Positions 9,917 through 22,000 of a stretch of 64,000 bases of DNA are shown piece by piece (the first letter of the stretch is position 1; every line of letters begins with the position of its first letter). The DNA is from a virus. The DNA lies in IMG/VR virus record IMGVR_UViG_3300012936_000008, positions 8,574 to 72,573 of that record. One strand, 5' to 3'. Under the pieces are notes generated by a model. It did no database searches, had not been told where the DNA came from, and was given only the letters and a program-made list of their open reading frames with translations. The translations under genes and the position numbers were made by a program.

Positions 9917-11400
9917 TAGACTACCGTGATATTACCTTTCATAAGAGAGTGGATATTGCACTGATAAACATAAGTTGTACCAGCAGCAAGATCTTGTGGG
10001 ACTGTCCAGTATTGGACGCCGTTGATAGATCCACTAGTTCCACTGATCTGAGAACCACCGTCAGAAACTCTCAGTTCCAAGGGGTGTCCACTGCCAGTGG
10101 TGTTATCAAATCTGTATGTAAATCCACGATACACATAGATTGTAGGATCCGCCTGATCAGCAATACCAGGACCAGTTACCTGATATGCATTGCTGTTGTT
10201 AGCAGAGAATGAATAACTCAAAACAGGAGATGCTACTGCTTCGTATGCAGATGCTCCGCGAACCAGGGACTGTCCTGCGTTTGCACTGGGTAGTGCGACA
10301 GTGTTAGTAATAGTAAGCGTTGACCCAGATACAGCAGTAGTGATCCCAGTGCCCCCAGCAATCGTGACAGAAGAATCAGAGGCGTTAGCAGTATACGAAC
10401 CAGTGTCTCCTGCAAGTGCTTGAAGGACGTTCTGGACGACGTTGGGTGAGTCATTTGTGATCGTGATTGCGCCTGCATTCAGGTTAGTGCTGATTCCAGA
10501 ACCACCAGTAAAGGTGATGGAGTCAGTTACCGTAGTTGCAGTTGTAGTACCGTTATCAGCACCAAGGGTGGTGAATACATTCTGGTTCAGGTCACCCAAG
10601 GTGCCTGTCATATCAATAGTAAGAGTATCGCCAGAAAGACTAGTAGAGATATTTGTACCACCAACGATATTAAGAGTATCGTTAGGCGCAGATGCAGTGG
10701 TTGATCCAGTGTCACCAGTGACACTCTCAAATAAGTTTTGGGTTGTTCCACCGCTACCACCTGTTCCTTGTTCGTCATTAGCAGGTTCCCATGCACTATT
10801 ACTATCATTCCATTTCAGAACCTGACCATCAGAGGGACCACCGTTAACAGTGGTATCAACGTCAGACAGAACAGTAATACTTTGGTTCTCATCTACCAGA
10901 GGAATCCATGCGGCAGAGTGAGCAAAGTATGCCTTGCCAGTAGCGTGAACGTGAGCAAGCATACCGTGATGGTTAGTCGCATCAGGAAGGTCGCCCAAAG
11001 TAGCGTAAGGAGCGTACCATTTGAGGTATCCATCGTCACCGTCAATATAAGTGTAAGAAGAACCAGATCCACCTGCCCACAGTTGGATATCACCAGTTCC
11101 AGTTTGTTTGATGACAATGTTGTCTGTGCCATCACAAACAATGTCATTGCCGTTGGTATCCAGGTTACCAGTCAGCAGATTGAAGTCTGCACCACGGAAT
11201 GCAGGAGTCGGAGAGCTGCTCCATTGCAGGACTTGACCATCGGTAATCCCTGCACCGACATCGAACAGTACGTCAGTGTTGTTACCCAACTTCTGATACA
11301 GTTCCTCAAAGTTGGCATTATATTTAATGGCACCATCTCTTAGGGTATCACCAGTACCATCATTTGCCGAAGATCCAATACCAACTAGCTGTTTTGCCAT
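9916..11400 (-). CDS. gp9/gp10-like N-terminal trimerisation domain fibre with C-terminal cupredoxin-like domain (494 aa)
   Basis: N-terminus MAKQLVGIGSSANDGTGDTLRDGAIKYNANF is the T4 gp9/gp10 motif; Thr/Gly-rich shaft repeats; C-terminal GHPL...YQCNIHSLMKGNITV. Confidence 0.8.
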   Translation of the reverse strand: MAKQLVGIGSSANDGTGDTLRDGAIKYNANFEELYQKLGNNTDVLFDVGAGITDGQVLQWSSSPTPAFRGADFNLLTGNLDTNGNDIVCDGTDNIVIKQTGTGDIQLWAGGSGSSYTYIDGDDGYLKWYAPYATLGDLPDATNHHGMLAHVHATGKAYFAHSAAWIPLVDENQSITVLSDVDTTVNGGPSDGQVLKWNDSNSAWEPANDEQGTGGSGGTTQNLFESVTGDTGSTTASAPNDTLNIVGGTNISTSLSGDTLTIDMTGTLGDLNQNVFTTLGADNGTTTATTVTDSITFTGGSGISTNLNAGAITITNDSPNVVQNVLQALAGDTGSYTANASDSSVTIAGGTGITTAVSGSTLTITNTVALPSANAGQSLVRGASAYEAVASPVLSYSFSANNSNAYQVTGPGIADQADPTIYVYRGFTYRFDNTTGSGHPLELRVSDGGSQISGTSGSINGVQYWTVPQDLAAGTTYVYQCNIHSLMKGNITVV

Positions 11401-11422
11401 GATCGTTCTTTTTTTACAGTTC

Positions 11423-11430
11423 TATTTATG
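11423..11430 (-). promoter_or_regulatory. T4-type late promoter (CATAAATA)
   Basis: Plus strand tatttatg overlapping the upstream stop codon, 22 nt before the ATG at 11400. Confidence 0.65.
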
Positions 11431-13033
11431 TTGCGTCGAATGATGTCTGCGTAGTGTCAAACTTCGCTTCCGTAGAGGAGAAGTCTGTATCGCCCTGACC
11501 ATCACCGAATCCAGTCACAGTCAATGTCACCACATCAGATGTGAGAGGTGAGTTCTGTGCAGGAGTAATACCTAATCCAAGAGGACCACGTACCTCACAT
11601 CTGAACTTATATCCAGACATGTAGTTGAGTGCTGTAAATGCATATGTTGCATTAGTTGCACCAGTCAACACAGCAAAGGAGAATCCACCGTCAGTAGATC
11701 TATACCATTGGTATGCCTTAGGACCATCCTCAGGACTGATAAGTGCAGATATACTGAACGTGACAGTCTGACCAACGTTGATCGTTGCGTTCTGAGGTTG
11801 ATTGGAGATAAGGATAGTTGCAGGAACAATAGTTCCACCGCCACCACCTTGATCGGGTGGGGGAGGTGCAGCAGCACCATTGTTCGGTGGTTGGTTCAAT
11901 GCTTCACGAGAAGTCAGTCCAACTAGGTATGGGAATACTGCTTCAAGGTTATCTTCGCTATCTAACTCAGTAGATAAGAAGTAAGCATATGTGCCATCCT
12001 GAAACTCTGGTGTAATGCAAAAACGTCCATTATGGTAGTCGAGGTTACCAAGACCCTCAGCATACTCCCAGTCCGCCATCAGAGCGCCTGCTGGGGGGTT
12101 CTGCTGACTGTCTCCGTAGGTAGGTCTACCGTCCGCTTCTTCTGACTTAACTCTATATGAACTAGTTGCCAGAGCAATCGCAGAGTTATTATCCCAAGCA
12201 TCATTATATAGATATGGTCCATATACAGGGAACCCGTCAAAGGCATAACCAAGAATCTTAGAGTGACCATCTGGATGTCTCAGATTGTCTCCATTGTACT
12301 GAGATGATCCATAATAATCGTTATATGATGCCATGACAGAATTGTCCTTCCAGCATTCCAGGAAGTGTGTGTCATGGTAATGATATTGTCCTGTATTCTC
12401 TGGGTGACCACCACAACTGTCGTCACCGAAGTCTACTGGGGACCCTTCATAATGTGCATTCCATTGGAATCCAGTCGGAGGATTTCCTCCTGCTCCTGCA
12501 CTGGGATTGAAAAATACAACCCCGTTAGCAGCAATGCCAATAGCACCCAGAGGCGTTTCAGACCTTCCATTGCGTTGATCATAATAAGTGTACGAACCAG
12601 TGTATCCAGATCTCTGGAAATCCATGATCAGTTCTAGATACTGATCACTTGCTCTCCAAAACTCCCCAGCAGTGGCAGTTTGTTCAGTTCCTTTGTATAC
12701 GAATACTTGCTTTCTTTCGTTGATTGTGTTCTCATCAAACACAAACAAAATTCTGTCACCAACTCTAATAGCACTACCCAACAGGGCATTGTCCGCAACA
12801 GACAAAGGGATCTGGATGAAGAAACCCTCATGAGCAAAGGTATTGGTATCAAACGTTCTAGTTATACCGAACGTTCCACCTCTGTATAAAAAAGTATGCT
12901 CAAAATCCTGCTCAGATACCTGATTAGGATTATTGAGATTGGGAAAAGTACCATACAGTACGGGGTCTGGAAGTCCATCCCCGTCTACTGTAAGGTTCTT
13001 AGTACCAGCGTTATATTCAGCGGTTGCTGTCAT
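11426..13033 (-). CDS. YHYH-domain structural protein with C-terminal Ig-like domain (535 aa)
   Basis: GAIGIAANGVVFFNP, CGGHP...QYHYH, HSKILGYAFDGFPVYGP and LDYHNGRFCITPEF..GTYAYF motifs; Ig-like ISNQPQNATINVGQTVTF..YQWYRS..YKFRCEV. Confidence 0.85.
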   Translation of the reverse strand: MTATAEYNAGTKNLTVDGDGLPDPVLYGTFPNLNNPNQVSEQDFEHTFLYRGGTFGITRTFDTNTFAHEGFFIQIPLSVADNALLGSAIRVGDRILFVFDENTINERKQVFVYKGTEQTATAGEFWRASDQYLELIMDFQRSGYTGSYTYYDQRNGRSETPLGAIGIAANGVVFFNPSAGAGGNPPTGFQWNAHYEGSPVDFGDDSCGGHPENTGQYHYHDTHFLECWKDNSVMASYNDYYGSSQYNGDNLRHPDGHSKILGYAFDGFPVYGPYLYNDAWDNNSAIALATSSYRVKSEEADGRPTYGDSQQNPPAGALMADWEYAEGLGNLDYHNGRFCITPEFQDGTYAYFLSTELDSEDNLEAVFPYLVGLTSREALNQPPNNGAAAPPPPDQGGGGGTIVPATILISNQPQNATINVGQTVTFSISALISPEDGPKAYQWYRSTDGGFSFAVLTGATNATYAFTALNYMSGYKFRCEVRGPLGLGITPAQNSPLTSDVVTLTVTGFGDGQGDTDFSSTEAKFDTTQTSFDAT

Positions 13034-13046
13034 TGCACTTTTTGAC

Positions 13047-13054
13047 TATTTATT
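13047..13054 (-). promoter_or_regulatory. T4-type late promoter (AATAAATA) overlapping the gp7 stop
   Basis: Plus strand tatttatt, 13 nt upstream of the ATG at 13033. Confidence 0.6.
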
Positions 13055-16000
13055 GGAAAATCTGAGTCGGGTTAAAGTTGTTGATGATAGTAGCACCAGT
13101 CTGTACTGTGAGGATCACAGAGTTGGAGTAGACAGGTGTAGCACCAGCAGCAGTAATCGCAACACGGAACTCATCTCCATCATCTGCCTGTTCAGCAGGG
13201 TTGGAGGTGTAGATCGCAAGCGTGGATCCAGTAATGTTGTTCCAGTCAGTCTCACCGTACTGCTTACGCTGCCACTGATAGTTGAGAGCAGTTGTACCGA
13301 CTTGATTATCGGAACTGTTCACGAACTGACCAACGACGGTAAACTGTGCAGTCTGATCTTGGTTCACGGTCACGTTCACAGGTTGTGAAACGATGTTGAT
13401 ATAACCAGGTGTGATAACAATCGGGTTGCCCTGAGCGTCAGTACCTTCACCAGCGTAGGTGTCGAAACCTTGGTTCACAGCAGGACCAGAAGGAACAACG
13501 AAGTCGTCATCCACGACAGTCTCAACGGTCACTGCGGGTTGCGCGTAACCAATACCAGGAGTCTTCACATCAATTCTCATCAGACCCATGAGAGCGCGGA
13601 CACGACCATCGAAACCAGTCGAGGAAACCACATCCACGTTCGGGCGCGTGGTGTAACCATCACCAGGTGCGGTAATGATTGCCTTGGTGATCTCACCAGA
13701 CTTGATGTCAGCAAGTGCCTCAGCGTTACGACCCTTAACGGTGCCCGTGTACTCGAAGGTGATCAAGGAGTTGGAAGACTCAATCAGAGCGACCTCACGA
13801 GGATCTGCCTCACCTTCGATTTGCAGAATGTCACCTGCCTCAATCGGAGGTACGACAGTTGCCGCGATCACGTCAGCGTCAGAACCGATGTAGGAGAAGG
13901 CAACGAATGTAGATCCTGCGCGAGGAATCTCAGCGAAGATGATTCTAGAACCAACCAGTTCGTAACCAACACCAGGTTCCTGAATAACACCATTGAGCGA
14001 GACGATGATGTTGTTCTCAGGCAGAATCGTGTTGGACGATACACCCTCGGTCAGAGTCAGTGAGTAGAAACCACCCTGGTATTTGAGGTTGAAGGACGAG
14101 CGCAAGGAGTCAAACTCAAAGCTGATGTCATCCAGTTGTCTCAGTTTACCTACGTAGTAACCAATGAACTCAGAACCGATGGTAGGAGGTTCAGTGAACT
14201 GAATCTGATCGGAGAACGCCGTGTAAGCGAAGTTAGCGCCAGGAGGTTGCAGAACACCGTTGACGAATACGAGCAGGTGTCCAGCAGGATCTGGGAAGTA
14301 TGCTTCGCCGTTGTTGACGGTGAGTTTGAAGGAATCAGCAGATCCGTCGAATCCACGGAAGAAGCGGTCGCAACGTCCTAGGAGATTCTTGGATTGTGAT
14401 ACAGCAGCGTACCAACCATAGTCTGACTTGACAGTAAGGTTAGATGGGAAGTCACCGTTGACATCTTCCAACCAGAGGCGACCAGTGTTACCGCTGATTG
14501 CCTTACCTGCGACCTTACCGTACGAAGTGTAGTCGGTAACAGTCTGTGAGATGATGTCACAAGAGATAATCGGGAAGTTATTGAGGTTCTCAAACCTACC
14601 CAATCCAGTACCACCCGCGAGCAGTTCAGCAGGATCCGTAGTGGTAACTCCATTAGCATCTGCGCCATAAGGTTGCAGGTTAGCAATCCAGATCTTGTGG
14701 ATGCCATTGTCAGGATCATACTGGTAATCTGTGACCATAGCGGTCCAACCAGGGATCTTAGGCACAGAACCTGAGAGCAGGTAGACGATATCGCCAGCGG
14801 CAAAGTCACCAGTGAAACCTTGGTCTCTCAGGACATTGTTGATGTTGCACTCAATAACTTTCTCTGCATGGAGGAACTGATTGAGTTCGATATCTTTGAA
14901 ACCAGTCTTGGTGATGTTACCGATGTCAAGGATCTTGTCAGTGATAGAACCGTAGATGATGTCACCATCGATGAAGTCATCTTGCAGAGTTTCAATGTCA
15001 ATCGTGACACGACCACCCAGGTTGCTAGTCAGAGAACCAGCAGAGTTTTCGTAAGATACGATTGTTGCCTCAGCACCATTGCCCTTGTTGAAGATGATCT
15101 CGCCGTTAGCGAATGCACCACGGTCGATGTTGACCAACATGCGATCAGTTCCTTGTCCAACGATGGTAGCAGTGATGCCACTATCAACGCCTTCCAGAAC
15201 CTGAGTTTCACTGATGCTACCAGTGACGTTCTCGATATAGATCCAACCTTCATCCTCATTATCGCCCGTGAGGGTTGATGTTTGGAGCACGATAGCGTTG
15301 TTAGCACCAGCACCTTGAACCTGAACTTGTTCACCCACAGTGAATCTGCCAGTGGCACCGCTGATGTTATATCTGCGATACAGTTTGACAATCTCTGCTT
15401 CGTTGTTTCTAGTTCTGACAATCTCAGAAGAAGCGTCAGATGTAGTACCAACAACCACGTCAGCAAGGTTGAAACCACCACTGACAGGATTATCAACGTC
15501 TCTGGTGCCGAAGGTAGTAGGCTTACGGTGGATGCCAGAGCGTACAGGTGCTTGGAGTTGCTGAGCACCAGTCAGTCTGGTGTCAACTGCGAATCTTCTG
15601 AATCGTGCGTCATGTCTGATCTCTTTTGTGATCTCAAACTGTGTCGGAGTTGCATTCAGAACGTAGTAGTAATCTTGACCAGTGAGGGCAGGCTCAACGT
15701 CACCAGATGCGATTGAGTAGGAAAGTATGTCACCGCGTGAGTAGAAGTTAGGACGCTGAATGATAAGTCTGTGCTCTCTGTTCTCATATCCAACTTCAAC
15801 AGACGGAGTGTTGATAACCAGATCAGGATCAGTGTTCCAGTCAGTTCCCTCGTTATAGAGGTTACGCAGGTTAGTAGCATGAACGTTGTTAGTCCACTGA
15901 ACACTGTTCTGTGAAGGAGGTGTACCTCTGCTGATAGCAAAGTATGCAGCGTTAAGGGAACTGTCAATCTTGAACTGAGAAGACTCCTTCTCATATTCAA

Positions 16001-19000
16001 AACGGTTGTCAATAGCACCCGTACCAAAGTGAGTCTCATCTTGGAATACATCGTACTGATAGAACTCACCACCCACGAGAACGTCGTTATAGTCATCACA
16101 AATACGCTTGGCATACTCACTGACACGAGTTACATACCAGAGCAGGTGCTGCTTAGTGATATTCGGGAAGGCAATGAAGTTGCCCTCACCATCGAACCAA
16201 GTGTTGACAAGTCTCAGAACACCAACGTTACCACCAGTATTCAAGTCATACAGTAGACCGTTAATAAGGTTCTCACCGAAGGAAAGGTCAGCATTCGTCG
16301 TAGGATATGCAGTTTGTACCTCAGCAAATGCCTTGCCAGCGACCACATGCTTGTTGAACAAGATACGCTTAGCAACTCTCTGATCAGACTTAGATCCACC
16401 ACCCAGAGACTCGATCATGAGATCGAATAGTGACTCAGATGCGGACGTTACGTTGTAGCAAGTGTAATACTGATAGGCAGTATTGCTGTTGTAACCAGTG
16501 TTGCGAGTAACTGTGGACAGGTGAGTTGGGGAAGGTGATCCCGAAGAAGCAACTGTGACAGTATCAATAACAAGGTCAAACAGAGATTCAATGGTGGTTG
16601 CTTGTGTGGCACAAGTAGTATTCCACTCAGCACCCATCTCATATGTGATAGTTACATCACGCTCACAATACTCAGGAGAGTATTTGATAGGCCAGATGTA
16701 CGGCATCGTCTTAGTGATAGTACCGTCACCAATACTTGCAGGCGTGGTGATTGTATCAGTTACGATTGTCATCAGAGTAGTGATGGCAGAAGCAACGTCA
16801 GCACACTTAGGATTAGCAGTATCAGCAGTGATTGAGTAACCACCCACGTTGTATGGGAAGTAATCAAGATCTGCGTAGAACTTCTGAGTCTGACCATGTG
16901 CAGCAGTAATAGTGATGGTCTCATTTCTCATTGATTGCAATGCAAGATCTCTTGCCTTATTAACAATCCAGATGGACTCAGTAGAAACACCTACGATATG
17001 TTGCAGGTTAGATCCAGAAGCATACAGTTCCGCTGCCATGAAGACTTTGTTGTTACCACCGTGACGGAGGTTCCATACAGCAGCCTCAACAATGTCAGCA
17101 ACGTCATGAACACAATCGATATAACCGTTAGTGGTAATAGCGTCTTGCTCGGCACTTACAAAGGTGTGAGCATACTGGAATTCAGTAGCAGCAACGCCAA
17201 CGTTAACAGTCATGGTGTTTGCATCGACAACTGTTACTGCCAAAGAAGAACCCCATGCAGGATCACTAGAACGAGGATAGACGTGCTCAGTAGCATTAGA
17301 ATCCTGTGTACAAGTGAATACCAAAGAACCAGGTCTGATGGTAATTCTATTGCCAGTAGACAGGTTATGGTTTTCAGTAGTATCAATAGTCAGCAGACCA
17401 CTAGTGTGGTTGTAAGTGACATTACTAGGAGTCAACTCAACACCGCCAGAACCACTCTGACCATTGATGTTCAGTGAGGGGAACTGTGCTCTGCCTTGTG
17501 CGACTGCTTCCTCAGCAATCAGACGGATGTTTCTTTCAATGACGTTTGCAGCATCGATGAATCTGTCATCAACAGCGTTACGCTCGTAAGTAGAAGCATC
17601 AACGTTGTTAAGTGAAGAACCACCAGACAGAGGATCGCCAGTTACAGGATCAACACCACCACCTTCGGGATCATAGATGTAAAGGTTCTCACGACCGAAA
17701 CCATTTCTCATGGTCAAGATGCAGATCTCAGCAGCGATCTTCATTACGTCACGAGCAGCGTCGAGTTCAGACTCAACGTGCTTCAAACTACCATCCTCAT
17801 CATTCAGATAGAGTTTTGCAGCATCCCATGTTCTGCTGTTACCACCGAATCTCAGGTCATGAATGATAGAGTCGATGATATCGATAACGTCATCAATACA
17901 GTTCTGAGCACCACCAGGGATTGCCAAGTCAAGATACTTGGACATTCCGTTCATTGTATAGACTGCTTCGGAAGCAATTACGTGCTTGTTAGCAGAAAGG
18001 AGATTAGCAGTATCAAGGTTCTTATCAACGTCGCTGCTATTACCACCCTCATAACCCTTAGGATCAATAGTGATAGTGTCATCTCTGTATACTGCGATAT
18101 CCGTATACTGAGCAACATAGTAATCATCTTGGAACTCTTGGGAGACGCCAATGTTAGATGCGGTAGTACCCTGAGTCAGCAGAGTGTTGTTGATAGCATG
18201 ATGTACTAGTTTCTTGGTGTACTTGAATGCATCAAGCATCGGTGCCAATTCATTCTCAATGTGGATGATCTGAGAGTTAGGATCAATGTATTGATCGATA
18301 ACATACTGAGTAGCAGAGTTACCACCAGTGATCAGATCAGTAACCACAGCAGGCAGGATGTGCTGTTTGAGGTCACGGAGGCAATATGGTTCTCCATAAC
18401 CAGGCATGGTTAGGAAGTCATAGGTAGTGTCATTGATATCTCTGATGTATTCTGCTTGCAACCAACCGACAACTTCATTAGCGATGTAATCGCGGTTTTT
18501 CCAGATAGCATCACCAGCATCACGGAATCTGTCACCAGTAGGTCCGATGATGTCAGCAATAGTATTACAGAGACTAGTAATCTCATTTGTTACGGTTGCT
18601 GATGCAGGAGAAGTAAACCTGTTAGGTACACGAAGCAGATCAGTGTACTTAGTACCGTTAAAGTTTTCGAGATCACCACTAGTAGTAGTGATAACGAAGT
18701 TGATGACCGTAGCAAGTTCTGTCCAGGTGTAGATGGATTGGAGCAGTTCGTTGCCCACGTAGTTCAGTCCACCTTCCTTAGTCAGGTAACCTCTACCAGC
18801 GATAACGCTGTTGTAGTTGCCACCATAACGAATGTCTTCGACAACTGCTTTCAGGATATACTCTTTGGTGTCACGGAGACACTTGTTAGTACCAACCTGA
18901 ACACCAACGCCATCAGCACTGTCGCCAGGGATGAGGAAGTCAGAATACTTCTCCTTCATCAGACCAACAGCAACCTCAGCGATCCAATCGTAGTTCAGTT

Positions 19001-22000
19001 CAATAAGATCAGCACACTTACGATGCTCATCACGAGAAAGGTTGATGTCCTCAATGATGAATTGCTTGTTATCGTAGTCAACACTCTTAGCGGTAGCAGT
19101 GGAGTTGGTTTGACCAGTGTAAGTACCAAAACGCTCACGATCACTCAGGATGAACGGCAGTTCCATGCTCATACCGAACGAGATATTGTTCGTAGAGGTA
19201 GGATAGGTAAATCCAGGTGTGAAGGTAGCAGTGTAGTCAGATACACCCTTCTTGAAGATGATATTATCAATCCAACCAACGAAACCATTAGCACCAGTCA
19301 GGTCAGCACCAAGTTTGAAGGCACGTTCCAGATAGTTGTTGTTGTCGGTGTAGTCACCACCAACTTGTGTGCCATTGACCCACACCTTAGTGATGTTAGT
19401 AGTTCTGCTAACAGCAACGTGATGCCAGGCATTAGTGGAAAGGTTGTGAGCAGCAGAGATCTGGTCAGAACCGTTATACCACCAGTTGATAGTAGAACCA
19501 TTCAGATACAAGACAGGAGATCCTGTTTCAGCAGCACCACTAGTACGAGTATCCCAAAGGAACTGAACACCACTCAGAGTGGTAGGACGGATCCACATTT
19601 CAATGGTAAAGTCATTAGTCTCAAACTTAGCAACGTCACTAAGTGAATGAGAGAGATAACCACCAGCATCAAGTCTCAGTGACTTAGTGCCAGATTTCTT
19701 TTGAAGAGTGGTTAGAGATACCTTAGTATGTGAGACAGAGTTAGCATCAGCACTAACAAAGGTGTGTGTATACTGTTCGCCATCAGGAGAAGCACCAACA
19801 TTTACCGTAATGGTAGTTCCAGTCGTTGCCGTGATGGGGAGTTTTTTGTTGTTAGCAGGGTCAGTTGATCTAGGATAGGTGTGGTTTGTAGCATTGCTAT
19901 CCTTAGTACAAGTGAAGGTCAAACTATCTTGTGCGATAGTAATGCTGTCAGTAGTTGTAAGGGAATGGGAACCAATAGTCAGTTCCATTACACCAGTTGA
20001 AGCATCGTATGTAGCAGCACTAGGTGTGAACTGTATTAGTGGAACAGTTATCTTACTGTTAGTGATAAACTCTCTGTCTTGGAAACTTCCAGTAATGGAA
20101 TCAGTGAACAACCATTTCAGACCAGAGTTAGTACCCTTAGCAGAGAAAGTAGCACCAGAATTTACACCCTTGATAGTGTCACCAGGGGTGAAGAATCCAG
20201 ATGCACCAGGATCTTTGTAGGATACTTTGAATACACGCAGGTTCTCGTTCTCTTGATAAGAACCATCAGATACAACTGACAGTGCATTGATAGTGGCAAG
20301 ACTACCAGAAGCGATAGTAGTTGCTGCCAGTTCGACGAGGGTGTGAATACCTGCCTGAACATCAGCACAGTTACCAATGCTTTCGTTTCTACCAGAGTAG
20401 TAATTAGGATCGTAGTATGCTGCCTCAGTACCACCACCACGGAATACAGCGTTAGATTCTGCATCAATGAAGGTGTGTGCATAACCACCACCAGAAGAGA
20501 TGGAGTTATTGGTAGAACTTACGAAGGTGTGAGGATACTGCTCAGCAGTCGGAGAAGCACCAACGTTTACAGTGATAGTGGTTGCAGTTGTTGCAGAGAT
20601 GGAAAGATAAGATCCATTTGCAGGGTCACTAGCACGAGGATAGGTATGAGTTGTAGCGTTCGCATCCTTGGTGCAAGTGAAAGTCAGACTGTCTTGTGCA
20701 ATAGTGATGCTGTCACCGATGCTCAACGAGTGAGAACCGATAGTCAGTTCCATTACGCCAGTTGCAGGATCATATGCAGCGGCAGTAGGAGTGAACTGGA
20801 CCAGCAGAGAGGCACCAACGTTAACCTCAATGGTGGTAGCAGTTACTGCGGAAATAGGTAGGTCGCTGTTGAAACCAGGATCGCCAGTACGAGGATAAGA
20901 ATGGAAAGATGCATCGCCATCAGAAGCGCAGGTGAAGCGTAAAGAATAGGGCCTAATGCGTACGCTGTCACTAGTTGTGAGGGAATGAGAACCGATAGTC
21001 AGTGTCATGATGCCACTGTTCGGGACATATGCAGCAGCAGATACGTCGAACTCTTCTACGCTAGTGCCAGAGGAACCAAGATACGGACCAGCATAAGTGG
21101 TCGGATCGTTGAGCATGTAACCAGTCTCAGAAGTTCTGGTGTTGACCTGAACATAGAGAAGGTTGTTGATTGCCTTACGGCACATCTCACCTGCCTTTCT
21201 GAAAGCAGTAATAGACTCTGCAAGTTCACCCACCAGACCATTGCTGATAGGAGATCCAGCATTATCAAAGTATTTCTTAGCAAACTCTACAATCTGATAG
21301 TTACCATCGCCTGCAATATCCAGAGCGAGAGCATCAATCATCAAACCGATGTCACGACGACACTTCGCTTCATTAGCACTGTATGCACTAGGTTCTGCAA
21401 GATCGATCAGATCATTCAGAGAACCTGCAAGCAGTACCTCAGATACGTTATCAAACAGAGTTTGCAGCGCAGATTGTACGTCAGAGCAGTTATTGGTTCC
21501 ATAGTTCTGACTGTTAGAACCAGGGGTGCCATAGTTATTACCAGGTGAAGGATCAGCAGTGATGCCAGTTCCAGTAGAACCACCAGTGCTTCTCTCGTTA
21601 TACTTGACAAAAGTGATACCGCTAACAACTTCTGAACCAGTCAGATCGTTAGTCAGGGCATTCTTCATGTAACCGAGTGCCTGTTCAAAGGCATACTCAG
21701 TTGCTTGCTCTTCACCGTTGATGTAGAGGAAGGTAGTTTCATCAGTGCTGAAATATTTTTTCAGCAACTTACGAGTGTAAACTGTGCCACCTTGGAACAT
21801 GTCCATCGAAAGTGCTTCGATAAACTTACCAATATCTCTTCTACATGCTGTTCCAGAAGGAATAGTCAGAGAAGGATACTGAGCAACCATGTCCACATAG
21901 GACTTCTCAATGATATATTCCTTGTTCTTAGTGATCAAACGATATGCATCTGCAAATCTGCTCCACTGATCGGTAGCGTTGTCGCCAGGATAGTAGAACC

